Shown here in pieces: positions 46,266 to 55,621 of a stretch of DNA of 64,000 nucleotides. The position numbers and the translations under genes were made by a program. The notes below the pieces were generated by a model that was given only the letters and a program-made list of their open reading frames with translations, ran no database searches and was not told where the DNA came from. Numbering within the stretch: position 1 is the first letter of the stretch; the number at the start of each line of letters is the position of its first letter. Source of the DNA: Elusimicrobiaceae bacterium (GTDB lineage: Bacteria > Elusimicrobiota > Elusimicrobia > Elusimicrobiales > Elusimicrobiaceae); the NCBI GenBank assembly GCA_017468055.1, contig JAFUJU010000047.1, positions 21,030 to 85,029 of the forward strand, written 5' to 3'.

Positions 46266-48254
46266 TTGGAAAAATTTAAACTTGTTTCCTCTTTCCAACC
46301 GTCCGGAGATCAGCCCAAAGCTATAGAGGCGCTGACAAAAGGTGTTTTGGACGGACAGAAACGCCAAACTTTGCTAGGGGTAACCGGTTCGGGCAAGACA
46401 TTTACGATTGCCAACGTGATTGAAAAATTAAACCGCCCCACCTTGATTTTGTCTCCTAACAAAGTGTTGGCGGCCCAACTGTATGCGGAATTTAAGCAAT
46501 TTTTTCCTGAAAACGCGGTAGAATATTTTATTTCTTATTATGATTATTATCAGCCGGAAGCTTACATTCCGCAAACCGACACCTATATTGAAAAAGATTC
46601 CGCTGTCAATGAGCACATAGATAAACTGCGTCTAAAGGCCACCACTTCTTTGCTCACGCGGCGTGATACGATTGTGGTAGCTTCGGTATCCTGCATTTAC
46701 AATATCGGCTCACCGGATAGTTATAGCGAGCTGTGCGTATATCTGAAAAAAGGGGCCGAAATGAGCCGTGGCCGGCTGGGTGGACTACTTATCAAAATCC
46801 AATATACCCGCAATGAAACGGAATTTATAACGGGCACTTTTCGCATGAGGGGGCCTTATGTGGATATTTTTCCACCGTATGGGCTCAATGCTGTGCGGGT
46901 GGAAATAAAAGGCAAAAACATTGCCAATATTTATGAAATACACCCCATTACGGGGAATATCCTTTCGGAAATAGAGGAAGCATGGGTCTATCCTTCCAAA
47001 CATTTTGTCGTGAAAGATGAAGACAGAGAACGTGCTTTGACACAGATTCGGGCCGATTTAGCTGTCCGTCATGCCGAGCTGCAGGCACAAGGCAAAGAAA
47101 TGGAAGCTTACCGTTTAAAACAACGTACGGAATATGATTTGGAAATGATAGAACAGGCCGGCTTTTGCCCCGGTATTGAAAATTACTCGCGTTATATGGA
47201 CGGGCGTGAAGTGGGGGCTCGGCCGAATTGTTTGATAGATTATTTCTTGCGGTATGATGATTTTTTGATGGTGGTGGACGAAAGCCACGTCGCATTGCCG
47301 CAGGTGCGCGGTATGTTTAACGGAGACCGTGCCCGCAAGCAGATGCTGGTGGATTTCGGCTTCCGTTTGCCGTCGGCTTTAGATAACCGCCCGCTTAAAT
47401 TTGATGAATTTGAAAGTCTGCTCCCTTCCACTATTTTTGTATCGGCCACCCCCGGTCCGTATGAGTTGCAGGCCAGCCAAGGCGAAGTGGTAGAACAAGT
47501 TATTCGCCCGACGGGATTGGTGGATCCGAAAGTAACCGTACACCCCAGTACGGGACAAATAGATCATTTATTAGAAAAAATCAAAGAACATATCGCCAAA
47601 AAACAGCGCACATTGGTCCTTTCCATGACTAAAAAAACAGCGGAAGATTTGAGTGCTTTTTTGATAGAAAAAGGGGTGAAAACGCGCTATTTACACAGTG
47701 ATATTGATGCCTTGGAACGGGTAGATATTCTCAAGCAGTTCCGTCAAGGTGTATTTGATGTGTTGGTTGGGATTAACTTGTTGCGTGAAGGGATAGATAT
47801 TCCGCAAGTGGGGCTGGTGGCTATTTTGGGCGCGGACAATGAAGGATTTTTAAGAAATTCCACCACGCTGATTCAAATTTCGGGCCGTGCGGCGCGTAAT
47901 GTGGGCGGAGAAGTGATTTTGTATGCAGACCGCGAAACAGAAAGCATGAAATATGCACTGGGGGAAATGAACCGCCGCCGTGCTATTCAAGAAGCTTATA
48001 ACCGAGAGCATCATATCACACCTAAAACCATAGAAAAAAATGAAGTGGAATTGAAAGAATTTGAAGATTCTACCAAAAATGAGGGCTTAGGCATTTTACA
48101 CGCGGCATTACCCGTCCCGACGGCTAAAAATATTCATAAAATAGCGGCCGAACTGGAAAAACAAATGCGCGAAGCGGCCGACAATTTAAACTTTGAACTG
48201 GCTGCCGATTTGAGAGACCGCCTGTTTGAAATCAAACAGATGAAATTAAAATAA
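46266..48254 (+). CDS. uvrB: Excinuclease ABC subunit B
   Basis: GVTGSGKT, YYDYYQPEAY, DESH, GRAARN, UVR domain. Confidence 0.97.
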   Translation: MEKFKLVSSFQPSGDQPKAIEALTKGVLDGQKRQTLLGVTGSGKTFTIANVIEKLNRPTLILSPNKVLAAQLYAEFKQFFPENAVEYFISYYDYYQPEAYIPQTDTYIEKDSAVNEHIDKLRLKATTSLLTRRDTIVVASVSCIYNIGSPDSYSELCVYLKKGAEMSRGRLGGLLIKIQYTRNETEFITGTFRMRGPYVDIFPPYGLNAVRVEIKGKNIANIYEIHPITGNILSEIEEAWVYPSKHFVVKDEDRERALTQIRADLAVRHAELQAQGKEMEAYRLKQRTEYDLEMIEQAGFCPGIENYSRYMDGREVGARPNCLIDYFLRYDDFLMVVDESHVALPQVRGMFNGDRARKQMLVDFGFRLPSALDNRPLKFDEFESLLPSTIFVSATPGPYELQASQGEVVEQVIRPTGLVDPKVTVHPSTGQIDHLLEKIKEHIAKKQRTLVLSMTKKTAEDLSAFLIEKGVKTRYLHSDIDALERVDILKQFRQGVFDVLVGINLLREGIDIPQVGLVAILGADNEGFLRNSTTLIQISGRAARNVGGEVILYADRETESMKYALGEMNRRRAIQEAYNREHHITPKTIEKNEVELKEFEDSTKNEGLGILHAALPVPTAKNIHKIAAELEKQMREAADNLNFELAADLRDRLFEIKQMKLK

Positions 48255-48270
48255 TTGGTAAAATATACTT

Positions 48271-48864
48271 ATGGAAGAAATAACACTCTCTGTACCTTCT
48301 GTCAGCCGCATGGTAAGTGTGGATGTGATAGACAGCACGCAAAATCTAGCTCGGGAATTGGCCTTAAACGGAGCAGAAGCCAATACATTGGTCTTGGCTT
48401 ATCAGCAAACCGGCGGCCGCGGCCAGTATGAACGTACGTGGGACGCTAAACGCGGCGGTATCTATTTTACGCTTATTCTGTGTCCTCGGAAAGAGGCGGC
48501 CTCCCTGTCTTCTTTAAGTATTAAAACTGCGGAAGCGGTTTGTGAAGCGTTGAAAAATTTATTTGGTTTCAAAACAAAAATCAAACATCCCAATGATATT
48601 TTGGTATGGGAAGAAAAAACAAAATCTTGGAAAAAGATTTGCGGTATTTTATTAGAATCTTCTTGCCAAGAGGGACACGCACAGTGGGTATTGGTCGGGG
48701 TAGGGATCAATGTGAACAACTCATTAAGTCCCGCTTTATCCAAGACGGCTACCAGTGTGAAAAAGTTGTTGGGAAGAGAAGAAGACCCGGAAAATATATT
48801 GGAAGAAACGCTAGAATGTTTTTGGACCAAATATGCCCAGTGGCAATTATCCGGACAGAAATAA
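48271..48864 (+). CDS. birA: Biotin-protein ligase (class I, no HTH)
   Basis: DSTQ, QTGGRG, KHPNDI, KICGIL, GVGINV. Confidence 0.9.
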   Translation: MEEITLSVPSVSRMVSVDVIDSTQNLARELALNGAEANTLVLAYQQTGGRGQYERTWDAKRGGIYFTLILCPRKEAASLSSLSIKTAEAVCEALKNLFGFKTKIKHPNDILVWEEKTKSWKKICGILLESSCQEGHAQWVLVGVGINVNNSLSPALSKTATSVKKLLGREEDPENILEETLECFWTKYAQWQLSGQK

Positions 48865-48868
48865 TTTA

Positions 48869-48894
48869 AAAACCCCGCTTGAAAGCGGGGTTTT
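48869..48894. terminator. Bidirectional intrinsic terminator
   Basis: AAAACCCCGCTT-ga-AAGCGGGGTTTT. Confidence 0.8.
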
Positions 48895-48895
48895 C

Positions 48896-49264
48896 TTATA
48901 AATCGCCTAAAGCTTCTTTTACTTTATTTACTAAATCTTTTAACACAAACGGTTTGGCGCAGAAAGACTTTACTTGGGCAAACCGGTGGAACATGGCTTC
49001 TGATTCCACCAACGCAGAAGTGACAATGATGGGGATATTGTTCAGTTCATCATCTTCTTCCATGATAGATACAATTGTTCTGCCGTCCAAACCCGGAAGC
49101 ATGACATCTAAAAGGACTAATTGCGGACGGATCTGCTTGATTTTGGTAATAGCATCGCGGCCGCTTTGGCAAACATGCGTTTCATATCCGGCTTTGGCCA
49201 AGACTAAACTAAGCAGTTGAACGATAGACAATTCATCTTCTACAATTAAAATTTTCTTTCTCAT
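48896..49264 (-). CDS. Single-domain response regulator (CheY-like)
   Basis: ILIVEDE, LLDVMLPGLDG, AKPF. Confidence 0.9.
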   Translation of the reverse strand: MRKKILIVEDELSIVQLLSLVLAKAGYETHVCQSGRDAITKIKQIRPQLVLLDVMLPGLDGRTIVSIMEEDDELNNIPIIVTSALVESEAMFHRFAQVKSFCAKPFVLKDLVNKVKEALGDL

Positions 49265-49302
49265 TTTGAAAACCCTTCTGTTATTTTATTATACTTTTTT
49301 AT

Positions 49303-50028
49303 ATGGCAAAAAAAACATTTAATGCTTCCACTTGGAAGAATATGCTTGCATTTTCAGAGCCCTTTTTCAAGCGGGGAGAAAAGGTTATTGTCGGTTTTTC
49401 CGGTGGGGCTGATTCGGTATGTTTGCTCCATTTTTTGCGCCATTTATCCCAAAAAAAACATTTTGAAGTGATGGCCTTGCATGTCAATCACGGTTTGCGC
49501 GGGGCAGCGGCAACGGCCGATGAAAAATTTTGCAAAAAAATGGCTAAAGAGCTGGATGTTGTGTTTTTTTCTAAGAAAAAAGCAGTTCGTGCTTTGGCCA
49601 AAAAATTAGATTTAAGCATAGAGCATGCCGCGCGCAAAGCCCGTTATGAGGCTTTTGCCGAACTTGCCAAAAAAACGGGTGCTGCCAAAATTGCCCTCGG
49701 GCACCATTTGGACGATCAGGCGGAAACGGTACTTTTAAATTTACTGCGCGGAACGCGGGTGGAAGGGTTATGCGGTATTCCGCGGCGGCGCCCGCTAAAC
49801 AGTAAAGTGGAGATCGTGCGCCCCTTGCTATGTATTACACGTGCGGAAGTGGAAGAATATATCAAAGAAAATAATCTCTCTTTTGTAACCGATCAAACAA
49901 ATCAAGAAGATATTTACACCCGCAATTGGGTGCGGCATGAAGTGCTGCCTTTGTTAGAGAGTAAGCAACCTAAAATCCGTCAGCACTTGGCGGGAATGGC
50001 GGCGCAGTTGGCCGAAAAACTGAAGTAA
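49303..50028 (+). CDS. tilS: tRNA(Ile)-lysidine synthetase (short form)
   Basis: SGGADS PP-loop, HVNHGLR, HHLDDQAET, RPLL, RNWVR. Confidence 0.92.
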   Translation: MAKKTFNASTWKNMLAFSEPFFKRGEKVIVGFSGGADSVCLLHFLRHLSQKKHFEVMALHVNHGLRGAAATADEKFCKKMAKELDVVFFSKKKAVRALAKKLDLSIEHAARKARYEAFAELAKKTGAAKIALGHHLDDQAETVLLNLLRGTRVEGLCGIPRRRPLNSKVEIVRPLLCITRAEVEEYIKENNLSFVTDQTNQEDIYTRNWVRHEVLPLLESKQPKIRQHLAGMAAQLAEKLK

Positions 50029-50205
50029 CGACTTTTGACAGCTTTTCAGGTACTTGGTTTTGGGCATACCTTTTTCCACATTTCAGTTTCTTTCCTTCGC
50101 CGTATCTAGCAATACTTGCCTTGGGTAACTGGCGAAGACAATAAATCAAAAATCTGAAAAATCATGCTACGAGCAGTAAATTTTCATTTATTGCGAACAG
50201 CTTTT
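50029..50205. repeat. Intergenic long-hairpin repeat element, copy B
   Basis: Similar to 29371-29562 (CGCCGTA..TACTTGCCTTG, CAATAAATCA.AAATCTGAAAAAT.ATGC). Bounded by ACAGCTTTT direct repeats (50038-50046, 50197-50205). Confidence 0.7.
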
Positions 50206-50281
50206 TCATTTGCTTGTCTGATGTTGAGCCACATTTCTTTTTGTTTGTTGGCCGTTTTTCAACGAGAGATTGCGCTCCCTC

Positions 50282-50309
50282 TTGACTTGTTTTTTTTTTT
50301 TGCTACAAT
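50282..50309 (+). promoter_or_regulatory. Poly-T spacer promoter, copy 3 (T12, 16-bp spacer)
   Basis: TTGACT-TG-T12-GC-TACAAT upstream of a pilin gene. Confidence 0.85.
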
Positions 50310-50382
50310 TTCAGCGTTGCCCTCAGACCCGAATCCTACGTGTTGTTTGTTGGGTCTTAAAGCCGTGTAAAAGGAGAGAAAA

Positions 50383-50874
50383 ATGAAAAAAGGTTTTACG
50401 TTGATTGAATTATTGGTAGTAGTGTTAATTATCGGTATATTGTCCGCAGTGGCTTTACCGCAATATACCACCGCAGTGGAAAAAGCCCGCCTTACCGAAG
50501 CATTGACTAACGGTCGCAGTTTGGTGCAGGCCCAAAATATGTGTATTTTGGCAAATGGAGGAGATTTTGGTCCTTGCAATTGTGCTGACAATTTAGATAT
50601 AGATTTAAGCGGCGGTAATTGGGATGAATCAGGAAATCATTTTGCTACAAAACACTTTATATATCGCATAGATGACGGAGATTTTACAGATATTTATCGT
50701 GTTAACAATCCAACTCCTTCCAATATGAGAAGTGATGCCATTTATTCTCTTTTCCTGGGAACAGATTTATATGAAGATTCTAAATATTGTTATACCCATG
50801 ATACAGAAATTGGTGAAAAAATATGTAATTCCTTAGTAGGACAAGGTTTTGAAAAAAGATCAGCAGCCCAATAA
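50383..50874 (+). CDS. Type IV pilin-like protein (PilE-like)
   Basis: MKKG/FTLIELLVVVLIIGILSAVALPQY; AGGAGA RBS. Confidence 0.93.
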   Translation: MKKGFTLIELLVVVLIIGILSAVALPQYTTAVEKARLTEALTNGRSLVQAQNMCILANGGDFGPCNCADNLDIDLSGGNWDESGNHFATKHFIYRIDDGDFTDIYRVNNPTPSNMRSDAIYSLFLGTDLYEDSKYCYTHDTEIGEKICNSLVGQGFEKRSAAQ

Positions 50875-50905
50875 TTCTAATCCAAAAAACAGGTTGCCGT
50901 TTAAT

Positions 50906-50941
50906 AAACCCCTTTCTATACTTTGGTAGAGAGGGGTTTTT
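50906..50941 (+). terminator. Terminator after pilin
   Basis: AAACCCCTTTCTA...TAGAGAGGGGTTTTT. Confidence 0.72.
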
Positions 50942-50982
50942 AGTCGGCCTTGACATTCAAAATTAGCAGTCTGAAAAAGGGG

Positions 50983-51011
50983 TTGACAAAAATAACAAAA
51001 ACTTTTACAAT
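50983..51011 (+). promoter_or_regulatory. hrcA operon promoter
   Basis: TTGACA-17 bp-TACAAT. Confidence 0.8.
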
Positions 51012-51012
51012 A

Positions 51013-51039
51013 TTAGCAGATGGTAAAAGTGAGTGCTAA
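51013..51039 (+). promoter_or_regulatory. CIRCE operator (HrcA site)
   Basis: TTAGCAgat-N9-GAGTGCTAA against consensus TTAGCACTC-N9-GAGTGCTAA. A second half-site TTAGCAGTC lies at 50963. Confidence 0.82.
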
Positions 51040-51070
51040 AATAAATAAGTAGAAATAGACGGTACATTAT

Positions 51071-52168
51071 ATGAGAATATTAAGACCGGAAGTAGCCAAA
51101 GAAAGAAAAGAGAAGATCCTGCGCTGGGTGGTGCAGCAGTTTGTGGAAAACCGCCGTCCCGTAGGCTCTCAGCTTATTGCGTCCAGTGCACTCAAGGACG
51201 TTTCCAGCGCTACCATTCGCAATATCATGAAAGAGCTGGAAGAAGAAGGCTATTTGTACCAACCGCATACTTCCGGCGGCCGTATCCCTACCGATAAAGC
51301 CTATCGCTATTATGTGGACTATTTGACCGGTGTGCAACGCATGGCCGCGCAAGAGCGCGAACAAATTGAGCAGCAATATGATGAGCGCGTAAATGAAATC
51401 AATAATGTGATGTTACATACTTCCCGTTTATTGGCGCGTTTATCCGGTGCGGCCGGTTTTGTATATACCTTGAACGTAGAGGACCAAGTGCTCAAACGGT
51501 TGGATTTTATGCCCATCGGACCGGGGGTTTTGTTGGCGGTGTTGGTGACAGAGTCGGGCATTGTGCGCCATTGGCCGGTGCGTTTGGGGTATGATTTAGC
51601 CCCCACCAAAGTGCGGCTGCTCAGCAATTTTATTAATACTGAAATTGAGGGAATGACGCTCAAAGAAGCGCAAAAATTTTTGTGGCAGTATATTGAGTCG
51701 GGTCATCGCGAAATTGCCGACGTGGCCGATTTAGCTATTCAAGTGCTTAAAGATATGCAAAAGCCACAAACCTCTGCAGAAGAGCTTTATATTGAAGGTA
51801 TCGGCCGTATGTTGGAAAACACCGAACAGGCCGACTATGAAGACCTGAAACAAATGATGCGCGTGGTGGAAGAAAGACAACGGCTTTCTGGCTTACTCGC
51901 TGAAAAAATGGAAGATTTACGCCGCAGTGGTAAACAAGTTACCGTAAGTATCGGTAGCGAAAACGAACTGGCAGAATTGCAAAATGTCAGCATTGTATCT
52001 TCTGCCTACCGTGTGGGGGACAAAACGGTAGGTATGTTGGGCATTATCGGCCCGAAACATATGCAATATACCAAAGTAATGTCTTTGGTGAAATTTATGG
52101 GGGATTTGTTGGAGGGCACGATCAGCAGTTGGAACGCGCTGCCCAACAAAGAAGAGGACTATGAGTAA
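51071..52168 (+). CDS. hrcA: Heat-inducible transcription repressor
   Basis: PVGS, SSATIRN, QPHTSGGRIPT, GIIGP. Confidence 0.96.
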   Translation: MRILRPEVAKERKEKILRWVVQQFVENRRPVGSQLIASSALKDVSSATIRNIMKELEEEGYLYQPHTSGGRIPTDKAYRYYVDYLTGVQRMAAQEREQIEQQYDERVNEINNVMLHTSRLLARLSGAAGFVYTLNVEDQVLKRLDFMPIGPGVLLAVLVTESGIVRHWPVRLGYDLAPTKVRLLSNFINTEIEGMTLKEAQKFLWQYIESGHREIADVADLAIQVLKDMQKPQTSAEELYIEGIGRMLENTEQADYEDLKQMMRVVEERQRLSGLLAEKMEDLRRSGKQVTVSIGSENELAELQNVSIVSSAYRVGDKTVGMLGIIGPKHMQYTKVMSLVKFMGDLLEGTISSWNALPNKEEDYE

Positions 52169-52715
52169 AAAAGAAAAAGAGCAGCCCTTGCCGGAACAGG
52201 AAGAAAAAATCCTGTCCGAACAAGACACAGCCGAAACGCAAGCTACTCCCGCCGAAGATCAGCCGGACTATTACGAAAAATATGTGCGTTTGAGTGCAGA
52301 TTTTGAGAATTTCCGCCGCCGGACCGAGCGCGAAAAAGCAGCTTTTTTGGCCTATGGAAAGAAAGATTTTGTGGAGAAGTTACTGCCTGCTTACGAAGTA
52401 CTCCTTCGCCAACAGGCCCAAATGGAAAAACAGACCGTCAGCGACGAATGTGCCGCCGAAGTAAAAAGTTTGCTGGGTGGTATCAAAATGGTACTGGGGG
52501 AGCTGGACAAAGCCTTTAAAGCAGAAGGCATTGAAAAAATGGATGTAATAGATACGCCGTACGATCCCATGAAAGAGGAATGCATTGCTACCATTCCTTC
52601 TTCTTCCAAGCAAGACGGTATGGTGCTGGAAGAAGTGCAAATGGGATTTATGATGGACGGCAAAGTGCTGCGCCCGGCCCGTGTGGTGGTGGGCAAAGCG
52701 GGGGAAGAAGCATAA
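52161..52715 (+). CDS. grpE: Nucleotide exchange factor GrpE
   Basis: ADFENFRRR and VLRPARVVV. Confidence 0.95.
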   Translation: MSKKEKEQPLPEQEEKILSEQDTAETQATPAEDQPDYYEKYVRLSADFENFRRRTEREKAAFLAYGKKDFVEKLLPAYEVLLRQQAQMEKQTVSDECAAEVKSLLGGIKMVLGELDKAFKAEGIEKMDVIDTPYDPMKEECIATIPSSSKQDGMVLEEVQMGFMMDGKVLRPARVVVGKAGEEA

Positions 52716-52756
52716 AAGCAGGAAAATTAACTGATTTCTAAAGGAGAATAAAAACT

Positions 52757-54622
52757 ATGGCTAAAATTATTGGTATTGATTTAGGAACTTCCAACACGGC
52801 AGCTGCTGTTATGGAAGGGGGCAGAGGCACCATTATTCCGTCTGCCGAAGGAAGCTCTATCGGCGGAAAAGCCTTTCCGTCTTATGTGGCGTTTACCAAA
52901 GACGGGCAACGTCTCGTGGGTGAACCGGCCCGCCGTCAGGCGATTGCCAACCCCGAAGGAACGGTGACCGCTTTCAAACGCAAAATGGGTGAAAACTTTA
53001 AATACAATTTGCGTGGTCAGGAATTTACCCCGCAACAACTTTCCGCTTTCGTTTTGCAGAAAGTAAAAAAAGATGCGGAAGCTTTCTTAGGTGAGCCGGT
53101 GGAAAAAGCCGTTATCACCGTGCCTGCTTATTTTAACGATAACCAACGCCAAGCCACCAAAGATGCCGGCCGTATTGCCGGTTTGGAAGTAGTGCGCTTG
53201 GTCAACGAACCGACCGCGGCCGCTTTGGCCTTTGGTATTGACAAAGCCGGCAAAGAACAAAAAATCTTGGTCTTTGACTTGGGCGGCGGTACCTTGGACG
53301 TAACCATTATGGAAATGGGTGCCGAAGGTACTTTTGAAGTACTTTCTACCTCCGGTGATACCCAACTGGGTGGAACGGATATGGATAATGCCATCATTTC
53401 TTGGATGGTTGATGAATTTAAAAAGAGCACCGGCATTGACTTGTCTGCTGACAAACAAGCCCAACAACGTTTAAAAGAAGCGGCTGAAAAAGCCAAAATA
53501 GAATTGTCCACCACCATGGAAACGGACATCAACCTGCCTTTCATCACTGCCGATGCTACCGGCCCGAAACATTTGGAACTCAAACTTTCCCGCGCTAAAT
53601 TGGAAAGCTTGGTGGACGGCATTGTGCGCCGCTGCGGCAAATCCGTAGATCAGGCTTTGAGCGATGCTAAGCTGACCGCTTCTCAAGTGGACCGCATTAT
53701 CTTGGTGGGTGGTCCGACCCGTATGCCGATCGTACAAAAATATGTGGAAGATCACGTGGGCAAAAAAATTGAACGCGGCATTGACCCTATGGAATGTGTG
53801 GCCATCGGTGCTTCTGTCCAAGCCGGTATTTTGACCGGAGAAGTAAAAGATGTGTTACTGTTGGACGTGACTCCGCTTTCCTTGGGTTTGGAAACCTTGG
53901 GCGGTGTGTGCACTCGCTTGATTGAGCGCAACACTACTATTCCGACTAAGAAAACACAAATTTTCTCCACCGCGTCTGATAATCAACCCGCGGTAACCAT
54001 CAATGTTTTACAAGGTGAACGCCCTATGGCCAAAGATAATGTTCCCTTGGGTAAATTTGATTTGGACGGCATTCCTCCTGCTCCGCGCGGAGTGCCGCAA
54101 ATTGAAGTAACCTTTGATATTGATGCCAACGGTATTTTGAAAGTATCTGCTAAAGACTTGGGTACCAACAGAGAGCAACACATTACCATCAGCTCTCCGA
54201 ACAAACTCAGCGATGCCGAAGTGGAACGCTTTGTAAAAGATGCCGAAAAGTTCGCCGAAGAAGACAAAAAACACAAAGAATTTGTGGAAGCTAAAAACGA
54301 AGGCGACAGCGTACTCTATCAAACCGAAAAAGCCTTAAAAGACTACGGCGATAAAGTATCTCAAGATGACCGCTTGGCCATTGACCGCGCTTTGGGTGAC
54401 TTGCGCGAAGCCTTAAAAGGCGAAGACGCCGACAAGATTCGCACCGCCAAAGATGCCGCCTTGCAAGCCAGTCAAAAATTGGGCGAAGCGATGTATAAAG
54501 CCCAACAGGCTCAAGCCGGTGCTGCCGGTGCACAAGCAGGCGCACAGGCCGGTCCGGAAGCGGCGCAAGCTGCCAACGGCGGAAAAGATGATGTGGTAGA
54601 AGCCGAAGTGGTAGATAAATAA
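52757..54622 (+). CDS. dnaK: Chaperone DnaK
   Basis: [37 protein letters not shown]. Confidence 0.98.
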   Translation: MAKIIGIDLGTSNTAAAVMEGGRGTIIPSAEGSSIGGKAFPSYVAFTKDGQRLVGEPARRQAIANPEGTVTAFKRKMGENFKYNLRGQEFTPQQLSAFVLQKVKKDAEAFLGEPVEKAVITVPAYFNDNQRQATKDAGRIAGLEVVRLVNEPTAAALAFGIDKAGKEQKILVFDLGGGTLDVTIMEMGAEGTFEVLSTSGDTQLGGTDMDNAIISWMVDEFKKSTGIDLSADKQAQQRLKEAAEKAKIELSTTMETDINLPFITADATGPKHLELKLSRAKLESLVDGIVRRCGKSVDQALSDAKLTASQVDRIILVGGPTRMPIVQKYVEDHVGKKIERGIDPMECVAIGASVQAGILTGEVKDVLLLDVTPLSLGLETLGGVCTRLIERNTTIPTKKTQIFSTASDNQPAVTINVLQGERPMAKDNVPLGKFDLDGIPPAPRGVPQIEVTFDIDANGILKVSAKDLGTNREQHITISSPNKLSDAEVERFVKDAEKFAEEDKKHKEFVEAKNEGDSVLYQTEKALKDYGDKVSQDDRLAIDRALGDLREALKGEDADKIRTAKDAALQASQKLGEAMYKAQQAQAGAAGAQAGAQAGPEAAQAANGGKDDVVEAEVVDK

Positions 54623-54636
54623 GTTTAAGAAAACAG

Positions 54637-54666
54637 AGACCCCGTCTAAAAAGGCGGGGTCTTTTT
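54637..54666 (+). terminator. Terminator after dnaK
   Basis: AGACCCCGTCT-aaa-AGGCGGGGTCTTTTT. Confidence 0.85.
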
Positions 54667-54677
54667 GTTTGTATATT

Positions 54678-54806
54678 AACGACTTTTTCATTTGTTTGTC
54701 TTACGTACACCGCATACAAACTAGAGCTGGCAAAATCATCTTAAATTTGAAAAATCAGAATAGAGCAATAGAAACTTTTCAGTTCTTGCGAACGGCAACG
54801 GCTTTT
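54678..54806. repeat. Degenerate copy C of the intergenic element
   Basis: 3' part AAATTTGAAAAATCA...GAGCA...TTTTCA.TT.TTGCGAAC matches copies A and B. Bounded by AACGACTTTT and AACGGCTTTT. Confidence 0.5.
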
Positions 54807-54841
54807 CGCTTTACCACCGTCATCCCGTACATACCCCCACT

Positions 54842-54928
54842 GTCATCCCGCAGTGTCTTTGTGCGGGATATAATACCGTTTTTTTAGTAACAGCTTTTAT
54901 ATTCCGCACAGAAACTTTGCGCAATGAC
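54842..54928. repeat. REP-like inverted doublet (GTCAT...ATGAC)
   Basis: GTCATCCCGCAGTGTCTTTGTGCGGGATATA (54842-54872) and the inverted copy TATATTCCGCACAGAAACTTTGCGCAATGAC (54898-54928), each internally palindromic. Confidence 0.7.
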
Positions 54929-54984
54929 GACAAGGGGAAGTTGTTTTTCATTTGTTGTTTTCCGTTGGGAAAGTGCGATAAGTC

Positions 54985-55012
54985 TTGACTTGTTTTTTTT
55001 TTTTGCTACAAT
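54985..55012 (+). promoter_or_regulatory. Poly-T spacer promoter, copy 4 (T12, 16-bp spacer)
   Basis: TTGACT-TG-T12-GC-TACAAT upstream of a pilin gene. Confidence 0.85.
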
Positions 55013-55085
55013 TTCAGCGTTGCCCCCAGACCCTAGTCTTAAAAGTCGTTTGTTGGGCCTTTAATCCGTATAAAAGGAGAGAAAA

Positions 55086-55577
55086 ATGAAAAAAGGTTTT
55101 ACGTTGATTGAATTATTGGTAGTAGTGTTAATTATCGGTATATTGTCCGCGGTGGCGCTACCGCAATATACTACTGCGGTGGAAAAAAGCAGAATGGCAG
55201 AAGCAAATATTATTTTGAAATCCCTGACGGATGCTTGTTCTGTTTATTATATGGCTAATAATGGAGAAGATGACTATTGTTTTTGGGATAATATAGATAT
55301 TGATTTAAGTATGCCCGATGCTGATGGCGAGGGAGAAGATGCTTTGGCGCGTCAAGGAAAATATTTTTTTTATTCTTTAGAAACTTCAAATGCGTTGGTT
55401 TTCGCCTGTCGAGGTCTTTTTGAAAACGACACCAGCTACGACTGGGATTATTGTTTAAGCTATTTTTTTGAAGGAGAAAAAAAACCTGGAAACATAACCA
55501 GAGAGTGTGAAGGACGTACAGACAAAGGCAAAAAGGTTTGCAAGGCTACTTGCGGTGCATCAACTTGTAACTATTGA
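55086..55577 (+). CDS. Type IV pilin-like protein (PilE-like)
   Basis: MKKG/FTLIELLVVVLIIGILSAVALPQY; Cys-rich, acidic C-terminus. Confidence 0.93.
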   Translation: MKKGFTLIELLVVVLIIGILSAVALPQYTTAVEKSRMAEANIILKSLTDACSVYYMANNGEDDYCFWDNIDIDLSMPDADGEGEDALARQGKYFFYSLETSNALVFACRGLFENDTSYDWDYCLSYFFEGEKKPGNITRECEGRTDKGKKVCKATCGASTCNY

Positions 55578-55579
55578 CA

Positions 55580-55607
55580 AAAACCCCCGTCAAGTGACGG
55601 GGGTTTT
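55580..55607. terminator. Bidirectional intrinsic terminator
   Basis: AAAACCCCCGTCA-ag-TGACGGGGGTTTT. Confidence 0.85.
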
Positions 55608-55621
55608 AAGTTTTAATACTT

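Noticed and set aside
52781-54719. Long antisense ORFs over dnaK (likewise over the DHS-like gene, atp genes and gyrAB)
   Set aside because: These are shadow ORFs caused by codon bias in highly expressed genes and carry no protein motifs.
50383-55577. Diversity-generating retroelement, shufflon or invertible-promoter explanation for pilin diversity
   Set aside because: The window has no reverse transcriptase or recombinase, no adenine-specific TR/VR pair, and no inverted repeats flanking a whole promoter.
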